The notes beneath the pieces were generated by a model. That model searched no databases. It was given only the letters and a program-made list of their open reading frames with translations, and had not been told where the DNA came from. A DNA stretch of 63,647 bases, filler included, from Sphacelaria rigidula (lineage: Eukaryota), in the NCBI GenBank assembly GCA_964200075.2. It is 9 parts of 9 records of this genome, joined end to end, with 100 filler letters (N's around TTAATTAATTAA, not from the genome) between each part and the next. Parts side by side here need not be neighbours in the genome. Positions count along the whole stretch, not along the records: positions 49,583 to 56,565 come from CAXNAA020017092.1; positions 56,666 to 63,647 come from CAXNAA020017093.1; 7 more parts are not named here. The stretch is one strand, 5' to 3'. Positions 50,493 through 62,397 of the stretch are shown here, one piece after another. Positions within the stretch are counted from its first letter, which is position 1, and the number at the start of each line of letters is the position of its first letter. The translations under genes were made by a program, and so were the position numbers.

Positions 50493-51957
50493 ATGCCGCT
50501 GGTTTGGGATAAACCGTTAGAAACGTCAAGGTATGACGAGCGCAAGCAACAGGAAGGGCTGCCGACTTCGCGAGCGTTGTTCACTCGCTTATGTTACATT
50601 TGTGGAGACCATAGGCATATTTCAAGACATTGCCCCAAGCCTCGTGCTAAATGCGCAGCGCAAGGAAATGCGCGAGATTTGTCAGGATCTCGAGGCGGTC
50701 GTCATGGCGGACAAGGTCGGAGCAACCAGATATTCGGGTACAGAGGCAGGGGCCAAAAACGAAATCAAGCGACGGAGAATCGTAATTCCGCCGCTACTGT
50801 ACCCTCAAGAACGTTTTCAAGTGATGACTGTAGGTCCATCTCTAGGTTCGTCTGTGTCGGGGCGGCTAACATATGTGGGAGGAGGTTATACTTCGGTAGG
50901 GAATGCTGGAGCGGAAGGCTCGCAACCCATAGGCCCGGCAGGATTCGTGTCTGGTGTATCTCCCACTGTTGCGACGAATGTGAAAGCACCGATGTCAAGT
51001 GCTGGAGCGCTGCCTTGGCGTCGAGTGACTCTAGGTACTAATCAGAGTTTTTCTTCGGCAGGTGTGGTGCCTGTCGACCGTAGCGCAGAATGCTCGCGCG
51101 CCGATCTGTCTATACCCGGTTCTGTTGGTTCATTCATGGCTCGCGTTTTTCTTGGCTCTGGATCAGCACTCACATCAATAAGTGTGGGGTTGCTACAACA
51201 GATGTCTTCACAGTTTCGATGCGCCCAGCTACAGCTACCATTTGAAAATGGACCGCAAATGGCACAGAGCGCCACGGGTGCGCCCGTGTCTATTTATCAT
51301 AAAACGGTGCCTATTGCTGTGAAGGTGCGAACACCGTGGGGCGCTGTGAAGATGTCGCCAATCACTTTCGCGGTCATGCCTGCCAACGATGACGTGGTGT
51401 TGTTTGGAATGGCGACTATGAAGGAACTCGGGGTAGATTGGTATCCGCTGGCTTTGGAAACGTTACGCCCGCGTGCTATGCCGGTGCAGACCGGCGTGAA
51501 CAACCCTAGTTACCTTTCGTCTAGGCGGGTGATCGTCCCTGAGTGGTCATTTCAAAGTGACAGCAAGAAGGATACAGGTGGAAAGGAAGAGGAAGCTTCT
51601 GAGAGTGGGCTTCTGAAAGTGGAGCCGTACATTCGATGAGGGAGTACCCTCAGTCACAGGCGACGGCTGCGAAGGCCCAGCCCCATCGCAACGATCTGGT
51701 GAAGGCCGGGTGGCTAGCTTCCTGCATTGCAGTCTTGGTGGCGTTTGGGTTATTATACTGCAGTTTACAGTCAAGCTTGGAGAGAGCGGCGATGGAACTG
51801 CCGGAAAAATTGTGCTCCCGACGGGTGAGCGAATCCGAGGTGGGGGCGCACATTCCCCCTCCCCGCGAGGATATGGTGCATGGTGGGGATAAAGGTGCCT
51901 GGTACTCACCCGGGGGAGGTGATGCAATTCAATTTCCTCAACGATGGAGCGAGTGGT
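50493..51957 (+). mobile_element. Degenerate Ty3/gypsy element, 5' part (gag knuckle, protease, RT start, integrase start)
   Basis: CYICGDHRHISRHC knuckle. Protease VFLGSGSALTSIS (catalytic D replaced by G)...RTPWGAVKMSPITFAVMPANDDVVLFGMATMKELGVD. RT N-terminus KAGWLASCIAVLVAFGLL, then a jump to integrase GKIV...DMVHG...GEVMQFNFLNDGAS, so most of RT and RNase H is deleted. Confidence 0.8.
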
Positions 51958-52307
51958 TGTTCCTTGATACGTGATCCGTAAACAGGGACAGCTAGGCACG
52001 ACTGATGAAGTCGATCAAAGGACACGGCTGAGGCGATCATGTTGTTGTGGAAGAGTAGTTTTACATAGCTTGACTAAGCAAGTCAAGGAAGGAAAAGAAG
52101 GAAAAGAAGGAAGTGAACTCGTGTGGCTACCCAAACCCGTGGTAAGCGGAGTTACCCGACATTGCGTACGTGAGTACAAGACGTACGCCTACTATGGTAT
52201 CAAATCCCACCGCATGTAACTGTCACAATCCGTGAAGACGGATACCTCTGTACCGTGGCTGATCAGTACTACAGTAGACTACACTTAAAAGGCTGCTCAT
52301 ATTAACA
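51958..52307 (-). repeat. 3' LTR of the nested copia-like element
   Basis: TG...CA ends, adjacent to the PPT, similar to 55857-56212. Confidence 0.88.
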
Positions 52308-55300
52308 CCCCCCTTCCGCGGTCGTTTCAGTAGTAGGCTCACGGGAATCCATTCTAGACAACGAGTCATCCTGCGAGCGGGGATGTCTCTCAAACCTACT
52401 CACGTCACTGAACAGGTTCTTACGGGAAAAAATCGCACCTGCCCCCATAGACAATATATACCAGAATCATATATGCGCCCCTTCTTTCGAAAAGTTACAG
52501 TACTTCAAACTCTCTGTACCACATTCAAATTCTTGCGCTCAAAGATCCCGATCACCGTTCCAAGATCCAAAACCAAGCTCTCTCGGAACTGGAATAATAA
52601 TGATATCCATATTTGGAAATTTTCGAACAAGCTCTCATGTTCTGCGCTTTCCCATGGTGCAAGCAATACAGTGCACACTGAGTATCGGTTGAGACATGTA
52701 TCCAAACCTGCAGCATAGTAAAAAATGAAGATCCTCACGCATATCTTGCAGTACAGCGTACGCATCATCAAGTGCACATGCCCTATTTTTCAAATCTTCG
52801 AGATATCAATCTTCTAAACAGAAAACCAGAGAACAAGTATTTCAGTCAAAGACTATGCGACTTTTACATCGCGATCTCGCGGAGCAATAATTCTCGACAC
52901 CTTCTGGCATACAGTCAATCGAGTGTATAATCAATCGTGTATCAAACTTTCTACTTAGCGAACCGGCGGAGCGAAATTTTGCTCATCTGTTTACAACTCG
53001 CGCAATCAAAAGTACAGCATGACATCACACCCTTGCCCCCTCCCTCTCAATTTTTGCTTTCAAATAGTCTGCGTCTCTCTCTTGCCCCCCTTGTTTCGGG
53101 CTACGGCACTGGGGGGCATCTGCGTCGTGGAGCATTGTTTCCTCTCTCCACCGATGTCCACCGAGAGATCCATCCAGCGGGGGGTTGTGCTCGTTGCCGG
53201 TTCGCGCCACCCAACTTCAGCTTGCCACCTATCGCACAAGAAACAATTTCAAATATCGAGCCTCACCGGGAATTGAGGCTCGACGCGACACAGTGAAAAT
53301 TTGGGGAAATATCCAGAATTGTATTAGTTACCAGATCTCATCAATATAGTGATATCCACCCCACCGACCGTTATAATCAAACAGTAAAAAAATTCCACAA
53401 ATATTCACATCTCAACAGTCATCTGGATCTTACGTATCCTTGCTTCCAGTTACACACTAGTTTATCCATGTTGTGTGAACATGCCCGCGCCGTTTTGGTC
53501 AGTCCACCAGGTTACAACTCCGGCCAACCAAGAACAATTTGCGCTCTACATTCTTGTTTTGGCATGCCGTGCCAGCATGTCTCCCCCGCACATGATCCCA
53601 GTGCCATTAATATATCAATCTTGACCACCAATCACGTAGGGGGGAAAATGAGCATTTCTTCTGTTGTCGTGTCATGCAATAACACCTCCTCTTCACCTCA
53701 TGATACTACTTCTGCCAGCTCACAGCCTCAAAACGACATCCAGAACGGGTTTAAGGTAGCATTATTTCTTATTTTTCATGTCATGCGTAACATGTCTTTT
53801 GTTCGTACCTACCACATACGGAATACGTGATGTGTACTCAGTCTGTACCCCACAGGGCACCGATTATTGCTGTTCCTTTTTCAAACAGCCCCCCCCCAGT
53901 TAATTAACCGTCAATGCCACAAGCCATGACCAAACGCACTTTGACACCTATCGTGTTTCCACCTTTTGGGAATCGAGGTCGAGGGGCAGTCCAGCAAATT
54001 CACGAGGAGAAGTGCCCCTCTCTACTCTGTAAAAGTGAAGGACCAAGCAGTATCATCAAACCAAAACTGACTCTATGGAGTAGATGTCTTAGGATTCAAC
54101 TGGTCGTCATTACTCACATGGGTACTTCTGCACGTCACTGAGATGACTAAATGCCGATATCGTCTGTACAATCAAGCCAGTAGTATAGCGTCCTACCCTT
54201 ACTGGACCTATTGAGATGATCTTCATAATTCTGTCAACAACCGTGCTGGCTGGGAACGGTGCCCCGCGCCCACACCCCACAGGTGACGAAAACAATGGAA
54301 TACATGGGCCTGGGTCGGCTCTTCATGTAAACATGACCCCAGCGCCGGAATATACACATATATATATATATATGTATAGAGAGAGAGAGAGAAAGGTTTA
54401 TCCGCAGATAACCAAGTACCGAAAATACACTTCGCCATCAGTCGTATCAAGTCTGGGACATTGATGCTACACCCCGAGAGAAGGTGGATCGTGCAATACT
54501 TTCTATACAATCAAGATACCTACCCGTCTACCAAGCAAGCTAGAGAACATCTACCTGTACTCGAAGGTGGAAGCGTACAGTGTAATACCTGACATTGAGA
54601 GCGGTACATCCCTGTCAAAAAGGGCCTCAACATCGGTCAGATACCGATATCATAATGTAATCGAGTCATCCACCTGATATGACAACAAGCACATTTCATC
54701 GTCGACCTGCAAAGTTAGGGAAATTCAACTACACTGCAAGGGAGGGCGGATCGTGCAATACTTCTTATGCAATCAAGATACCTACCCATCGACCAACCAA
54801 GGTAGTGGAAATTCAACCAAGACTTTCAGGGATGATAGAACGTGCAATTCACTAACGTTGACATCGGTATATTCCTGTAGAAACGTCTCAACGCCGGCCA
54901 AGGCCATCCACCTACCGTAATCAGCCTGACAGTCCTTCATATTTCACAACAACATGAGATTCTTACGCCCATTCTTTTTATTACCATTATACATCGTCGT
55001 ACAACTCAGTCTAACTTTACGTGTTGGCCCAGATATTTTGTCGCAAACAACCGCAGAACGGAATGCACCAACTATCCCCTCGCGAAATTTCGTTCCGCCG
55101 AGATGGGGAAAACGTACCCAGCAGTTTCAGTCAAACAGTCTCTTCAGCTCAAATCCTCTGACATGAGAAGCATACTACAGCACCGCAAATCACATCCCCA
55201 TATCCGTCTGGAACACACTGATCAGCAGCCATCTGCAGACACACTTACCGCCGCCATCACATCATATCCCCATTATTGTAATATAACAGTCTGGCTCCAC

Positions 55301-55856
55301 CCACAAAATCAGAACCCATCACTGCGGATACTGTATTGAAGTCCCGGGAACTAAAGACACCTTGCAAATCAAGAAATCCCCGCGGTACCACCCCATTCGG
55401 TGTAGTACTCACCTTTGGGACATATGCCCCCAATGAATCTTCTTTACCCCTCCTCCGCGCACAAGGTATACGGTGCGCGCCCCCCTGCACAGTGTTGCAG
55501 CTGAGTGGTGACGTCGTTTTGCGCACAACACGTCTCCCACAGGTGAAGTGGATAGCTCAGGAGCAAAGCCCGCTCCACAGAGCTAGCCTGAACTGGTCTT
55601 TCGACCGTGCTGCGCCCGGACGTTCCAAATCCCGAGCGCGTGTTGAGGGGATTCTCACCACCTGACTTCTTCTCCCCGCCCGCGGACAGTGCCCCGTGCA
55701 CTAATCGGGACATCGCTGCCTTTTCTTCATACAAACTACCTCTAAAGTCCGCGTCGTCCCCGGTCGTTGTTGGGGGTATGACCGCGTCCCTTGGTGCTGC
55801 CATCTTGGTCGAATGTTTGGACCACAAGTCGTTGGCAAATCAAATGGACTCTAGAG

Positions 55857-56212
55857 TGTTCCTTGATACATGATCCGTGAACAGGGATAGCTAGACACGA
55901 CTGATGAAGTCGATCGAAGGACACGGCTGAGGCGATCATGTTATTGCAGAAGAGTAGTATTACATAGCTTGACTAAGCAAGTCAAGGAAGGAAAAGAAGG
56001 AAGAGAAGGAAGTGAACTTGACCTTGTGCAAGGTCTGTAACGTCCAAATTTGAGGTTGCAGGCACCCCAGTGGCCACCCGTGTACAAGACGTACGCCTAC
56101 TATGGTATCAAATCCCACCGCATGTAACTGTCAAAACCCGCGATGACAGATACCTCTGTACCGTGGCTGATCAGTACTGTAGACTACACTCAAAAGGCTG
56201 CTCATATCAAGA
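55857..56212 (-). repeat. 5' LTR of the nested copia-like element
   Basis: Matches 51958-52307 except for a divergent ~50-60-bp core; the terminal CA has become GA. Confidence 0.85.
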
Positions 56213-56496
56213 GTGGTCAGCTGGAAAATGGTGGGTTGGACGACGGAGATCCGATCCAAGATAGTTTGGTGATCAAAGACGGTGTGAGCAACTTCGTGTG
56301 GTTGGAGCCCGCGGAGTCTAGTATGGAAGCGAAGAAGGTAGAGCATTTTCTGACATGGTTCAAAGCAAAAGCGATGGAGTCGCCGGAGGTATGGGTCGGT
56401 GACACGGGATGGTATGTGAAGAATTGTGCGGTGAGAGCGTTTAATAAGGCGCTGAAGGATCGTAGATTTCGGATGGTCAATTCGCCGTTGTCCCAT
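56213..56496 (+). mobile_element. Ty3/gypsy integrase core, continuation after the nested insertion
   Basis: GQLENGGLDDGDPIQDSLVIKDGVSNFVWLEPAE...HFLTWFK...PEVWVGDTGWYVKN...NSPLS is a degenerate rve core. Confidence 0.8.
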
Positions 56497-56565
56497 TGTA
56501 AACGTAAGCGAATAACAACAAATTGTGCGAATTGAGGTTTAACTCCGAGATGAGGTTCAAGCCTA

Positions 56566-56665
56566 NNNNNNNNNNNNNNNNNNNNNNNNNNNNNNNNNNN
56601 NNNNNNNNNTTAATTAATTAANNNNNNNNNNNNNNNNNNNNNNNNNNNNNNNNNNNNNNNNNNNN
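56566..56665. other. Artificial contig spacer
   Basis: N44-TTAATTAATTAA-N44. Confidence 0.98.
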
Positions 56666-57245
56666 ATTCATCACGAGTCAACTATTATACTAAAACCAAG
56701 TAATTTCCTGACGAATCATTATTTGTCCTAACCGTGGAAGGATGCGACTTGGGACCCCGGAAAATTCCGTCAGTGAATACGTAGGGGCATGCGCAGTGAA
56801 AGAAGTTTCTTTGACGAGAGTCGAAGCGGTGCGGGAGTTGTGATAGTCATGATCCAATCCGCGATACCGAAATGTAAGGCTTGTACGGGGGAGATACGGG
56901 GTGATCCCTCGAGCCCACAGACTCGCCCCGAGGAAGGGAAGGGGTCGAAAGTGTGGCGAAAAAAGAAGTTCTATGAATAGTGCCAAGAGCAGCGAACCTC
57001 GTTGGTTTTCTACGGACCGGTTGTAACGGTGGCGTGGGGGGTGAGCACCCCTTCCCTTTTGAGCCACTGGTTTTAGACCTGACCAATTTTCTCCGTGCTG
57101 TGTATAGTTCATGTGTGGATGATGACCGTGGCGTTTCGATGTCTACTGTGTTGCTTGCTGCTCCAGGCGGAACCTTCTTTATTGGTTGATTGGTTTACGA
57201 ACTCCTTGCTCGGTGTTCGTCGATCTTTTGTCGTTTATTGTGAAG

Positions 57246-60200
57246 GCGGTGTTCCTGTGGATCGTGAAGGTGATCAACACGTCGCTGGGCAAGGGGGAAG
57301 ACAGCCTGCCCTTCATCGGGGTGCTCGACATCTTCGGTGAGTGCCTCTGGAGGTCGGCCGGAAATCTGTTGACATGGTGGCGCTTGGGGTGAGGTGCAGC
57401 GATCGAACGTGCTGTATTACGTCCTCCCACGTTTCATGGCGTGTTTGCGAAGGGATGTGGCAAGGTTCACGGGCTTCGCCATTGTCAGGACGACGATATC
57501 CCTTGTCCTGATACATGGTGAAAACAAAGTCTTCATCGTGCAAAGAGCGTTTGACGCGGCGAAAATGAGAGATGGGCCCAGTGCTCAACACCCCGCTTGC
57601 TGTTTTTCATTTTCCGCGTTTTCGTATCTACCCACCTCAGGGTTCGAGAATTTCGATCACAAAAACGAATTCGAGCAGCTGCTGATCAACTTCACGAATG
57701 AGAGCTTGCAGGACACGTTCAACAAGCAGGTGTTCAACAACGAGCTCAAGCTGTATGAGGAGGAGGGCATCGAGGTCACCGTGTCCACTTGCCCCAACAA
57801 CGCCGAGTGCCTAAAAATGCTTACTAGCAAACCCAAGGGCATTATTCCCAGGTATCATGCTGAGAAAGGTGCCACTGTTGTACGACCCGGTATGTGTTCT
57901 CGCCTGCGTTTGTCGCCTGTTATGGCGCTGTGGCCTGACGGGGGGAGGGAGGGGGCAGGGAGGGGGCGCTATGTGTGAAAGAGATGAAACAAAACTTTTC
58001 AGTTGACCGTCGCTCACTTTTCTCTTCACACAGCATCGTTCAGGAGTCGCTGTCCCAGCTCCGTGATCTACTGGTGTGCTTGCTGGAAGAATGAGAGTGC
58101 AGGGTATTTATTGTGCATGGCCACACCTACCGCCAGACGCACTCTTACACGCGTAATGCTGATGGTTCTCCTGCTTCTGCTCTCTCCCGATCCCTTGATT
58201 TTTCTCGAAACCACTCGCCCATGCGCAATGCATGCGTGTAGCCTGGACAACGTATGTGCGGAGCCCAATCCGAGCAATGAGCGGTACCTAGCCAACCTGC
58301 ACGCTACGTATTCGAGGCACCAGGACTTCCCTCGCACTGCACCGAAGGACATGGTGAGTTCAGCGGCGATATGTGTGCTTTGTACCGTGATGAGAACTAT
58401 GGGTGTTGATAGTACGGGGAGGTCGTTTCTTTGCGCAGGTTGTGCGGCGACGTGCCGCCTTGGCCGCTAAGATATCTAGCTTGAGGTGATTTTTTCGCTG
58501 TCGCGCGCTTTGCTATGCTGTACGTACTGGCCGCGTTGATTCTCTCTACCAGTAGTAGACGTGGTGAAAGTAGTAGCAGTAGAGTGGTGGTCTTGACCCC
58601 GCCGACGAGATGTGCATGCGTGCACATACTATACAAGTGACTTTTCAAAATCATTACATGTTGCACTCACGGCGTGAATATATTATTGTGTGTGACCCTC
58701 AATGTTGTTCGATCTCATTCCTACTTTTGTTTTAATTCTTCGTGGCGATTCTCAACAAGTACCGAATTTTTTCTACTTTTGGTCTGGCACCGCATCGGTT
58801 TCTCCCTCCTCCCCCCCAACCCATTTTCTTTTTCTCTTCGTCGCACCCATGCCCATTTCCGGCGGGATGGCGTTGCATTCAGCGCGAGAGCTTTTGGGTG
58901 AAGCACTACGCCGGTAAGGTGAAGTACACGGTGGAGGGCTGGGTGGAGAGGAACATGGACCGCGTTCCAGTGTCGTTCAACGAGACCTTGCAGTCCAGCA
59001 CACATAAGGTAGGAACGATGGCAAAATTAGTCATCGTGGGGGGAGGACGCGGGGGAGGCGGTACTCATTACTCTGCATGCCGTAGTCCTAAGACGATTCC
59101 AGGGATGCGGGGGGTAGGCAGTGTTGGCTTGTTTCCACACGTTTTGAGTATTGTGCGGGACGTTTTTTTTCACGGAAGGAGCCACAAAGACAGTCAGCCA
59201 ATCTTTCTCACACGACGGCTTGTCGGTTCTGTGTCCTGATAGCCGTGCTGCTTGGTCCAATGCTGTCTGCTGCCGCCTATATAGTCATTTTGCATTGGAC
59301 GATCGCTGTGCGCGTGGGGAAGCGCTGATTAGTTGATTTCATTGGCTACAGTTCTCCCGTTACCTGGGCCAGTACGAAGTTTGCGGTGGTCTTCAGGAGA
59401 CATGAAGCATGCTGAATGTACCGAAAGAGTCGCTGCGAAACAGAGTCCAGTAACAAACAGCAAGAGGCGAGGACAAAGAGAAGAGACTACACAAAGTCAC
59501 GGGACGAGGAACCTTAGATTAACAATGTCCCAGAAACAACACTCAGCGGGCTCCCAACAGGACTCTCGACGGGGCTTCAGACGGGAGGTTGTATGGCAAG
59601 CGATGCCGTAGAAGCAGGTCGTAACTCACCTGCGCGTACACAGCATCAGAAATATGTCTGTAGTCATTGGATGTCGAGGAATAGCGCACACAGCACACAA
59701 TTGCGATACACGGGAAGGGAAGCAGCTGAAGGAGAAGGCAATGTAAAGTTTGCGTTTTGATTTCTTCCACCGTGAAAAAACGTTTGTTGATCATGCTTGC
59801 GAGAGGATGAGTCAGGCGTTTCGAGTAGGGGGAAACCTGGAAACAAACTGCGATCAACACCCATTACAGTATCAATATCATGTTGTCCATTGTCACGTAC
59901 ACACGCGCTTCGCTAAACAAGTTTTTTTGCTAGTTCATCGAGTGAAGCACCGTGCGCTTTCTCACGCCCCAAGAACTAAAGTTACGGTGGTTTGCGGAGG
60001 GGAACATGGCACACCCTGTGTGAAACTATGACTACTTAGTAGGTAGCCTAAGATGCGCAGGCGTTGAGCGGCAGTTGCTGGTACATGATTATCCACGCGC
60101 TTTTTTCGTCCTCAAAGCTGTTTACAAGCGACTAGTTTCGCGAAATCTTGGATCAGAAGTTGTCCACCGGTGACTAGCCGTACAACTCTTCTACCCTGCA

Positions 60201-62397
60201 GTTGTTATCTACGGATGACTGTTATAGTTGCTCAACATATTGATAGAGTAGTTGTTCCATACCCTGGGCAATAGAGTAGTTGTTCCATACCCTGGGCACA
60301 ACGTGTAGTAAGCAGTTGCAGTAGAAAGAATGTACTACATAGAGTACAGGCCTATCGCATTTATTGACCACATGTTGTTCTGGGTGTGAATTGTTTATGA
60401 TCGACTATTCGCACAGGTTGTTATCCAATACAACAGCTATCCACCGGCCACTAGTTTCTCAGTATTCCCATCCCGCATAAGTTTCTCGTTTGATATGGTT
60501 GTCTGCAAGCAAACTAGGCGAATTTTGTATTTGGATACTTTTGGCGATTTTCAGCGTGTCACCGCTCATCACAGGGAAGAGTTGACCCCAAAGTTTGGGA
60601 ATCGGAAGATACTAGCATCCGCTTCGCATTCCGAAAAAAACATTTCTGCGCCCACTATTGAACAACTTACGAGGTAACCGGTCCTCGGGGTTCCTGCGAG
60701 CTTACAGCCCCAGGTTGTGACTCTTCGGTATTTTTGCTCCATTGAATGAATCCCGAGGGTTCTCGTGAAAACTGGTAATAAGTATTTTTATGAAATTCTA
60801 CATGTTCATTGCGCTGAAACCGAAACACTTTTTTTTTCACCACTGACGGTCGATAACACCCTTCTGATAAACGAGGTCTTACTCCGCATCACCCCGACAG
60901 CACCAAATTGGGGATTGTGCCCTGAGCACAACCGGTTTGTTTTCCAAAGATCCATTGACTCTAGCACTTGCGAGTGCTAAGGGAGGATCATACGCGAGAA
61001 ATTACCAAAAATACCCAAATTAAAGAACGTCTACTACTTCAGCTGTATGCAGATAACTAGTTGCACAACACCTTCACTCGATGGTTATTTGCGCTCAACT
61101 AGTTTAGTCATCAATCTTAGTCGTACGGGGTATGACACGTTGGCTCACAGTAATCGAGGTTTCTTTCCTGCATATTGTGCTGTTTTTTTGTTTTTTGCAC
61201 GGGACGATGTCCATCACCACGCTTCATGCGAATGAATGCCAATCGTCATTCGGCAGATGGTGAAGGAGGCCACTACACAATACGGAAAGGCCCCAGCGGC
61301 AGCTGTGAGGGGCGCGCGGGGAGGAGGATCGCGCCAGGTGAAGTTTAAACAGAGGCGTTACAGCTCAGGCAACGTTGAAACAGCGCTACAGTATCATCAT
61401 GGTGTACACCACAATAGGTTGGCCTCTGATCCTTCAGCAAGACCAGCAGTGCTGCCTCCACCGTGTGTGTGCCTTATGATCTCGCCGCAGGTACTAGGAA
61501 AAAAAAGCCGGAATAAGTCTGAGAAAAAATGATTGTGAGGACTGGAAAATGACGGAATATGAGGATGTGTAGGCATGTGTCGAAACGCCTTCTCTGAGGT
61601 GACATACGTGACTTGGCAAGAATGTTGTCCATGTCCTCGTGGTTTGTCCCCCGTACAGGTTAGAGACTGTAGCGTAGTTGGCGGGCAGACATCCACCCCC
61701 TCTATTTTTTTCCTATTTGTTCGTTTGTTTGTTTCTCACCCGTGTGTATTTACAGAGCCTGGTGAAGCCCACCGTGGCGAAGGCTTTCTTGAAGTCGATG
61801 CAAGACCTGAACGTGACGCTGCTCAGCACCACGTGCAACTTCGTGAGGTGTATCAAGCCCAACGCCGAGATGAAATGCGGCGTCTATGACAACAGGTGCA
61901 CAGAACAACACGACTACGCAAATGTGTTTAGATTCACTTTTCACTTTCCCGACGGGTGGCAATTGCCGCAAGAGAATGGTAACATGTAGAATTTCCGTCT
62001 TTGTACGATATTTACTGAGGTGCTCCCATGATCATCGGGTACTCCGTCGCGTCTCCCATATTTTGTTGCACTTCTGACGACGGCGATCCACCCCCCTGAT
62101 CACCTGCTGTTGAGACGGAATAGCGGGGTGATGTTTCATGATTGGTGCACGCACGCATCACTTCATGAAGTTTGAAAAATATTCCCCTCCTTGTTTCGTC
62201 CGGACAGGTACGTGGTTGACCAGCTGCAGTGCCTAGGTATCCTGCAAACGTGCGAGGTGCTTAAGGTTGGCATGCCCACGCGGGTGACCTATACCGAGCT
62301 GAAGGAAGTGCTCGGAGACAACGCGGCGGACGCAGAAGTGCTGTTTGAAGGCGAACCCGAAACGGCGCTTATCGCAGCCATCCTCTGGGCCTTCGAG
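57246..62397 (+). CDS. Myosin heavy chain motor domain (switch II to converter), partial
   Basis: Phase-consistent exons 57246-57336, 57641-57851, 58242-58353, 58883-59008, 61257-61337, 61756-61895 and 62208-62397. Motifs: FIGVLDIFGFENF, FEQLLINFTNESLQ, FWVKHYAGKVKYTVEGWVERNMD, FVRCIKPN and QLQCLGILQTCEVLKVGMPTR. The first exon start is the least certain boundary. Confidence 0.95.
60243..60298 (+). repeat. Perfect 28-bp tandem duplication within an intronic TIR-like repeat
   Basis: ATAGAGTAGTTGTTCCATACCCTGGGCA occurs twice. Confidence 0.9.

Larger units (their letters stand above)
51958..56212 (-). mobile_element. Ty1/copia-like LTR retrotransposon with two LTRs and a 5-bp TSD, internally decayed
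   Basis: Direct repeats 51958-52307 (TGTTCC...TTAACA) and 55857-56212 (TGTTCC...TCAAGA). GTGGT occurs at 51953-57 and 56213-17. A minus-strand PPT GGAAGGGGGG lies at about 52308-52317. Minus-strand RNase H-like remnants FYYAAG...SAEHESL...VIGIFE are near 52550-52730. Confidence 0.88.

Noticed and set aside
56019..56052. TLCKVCNVQI resembling a piggyBac cysteine-rich domain
   Set aside because: It lies inside an LTR, ends in a stop and is absent from the other LTR copy.
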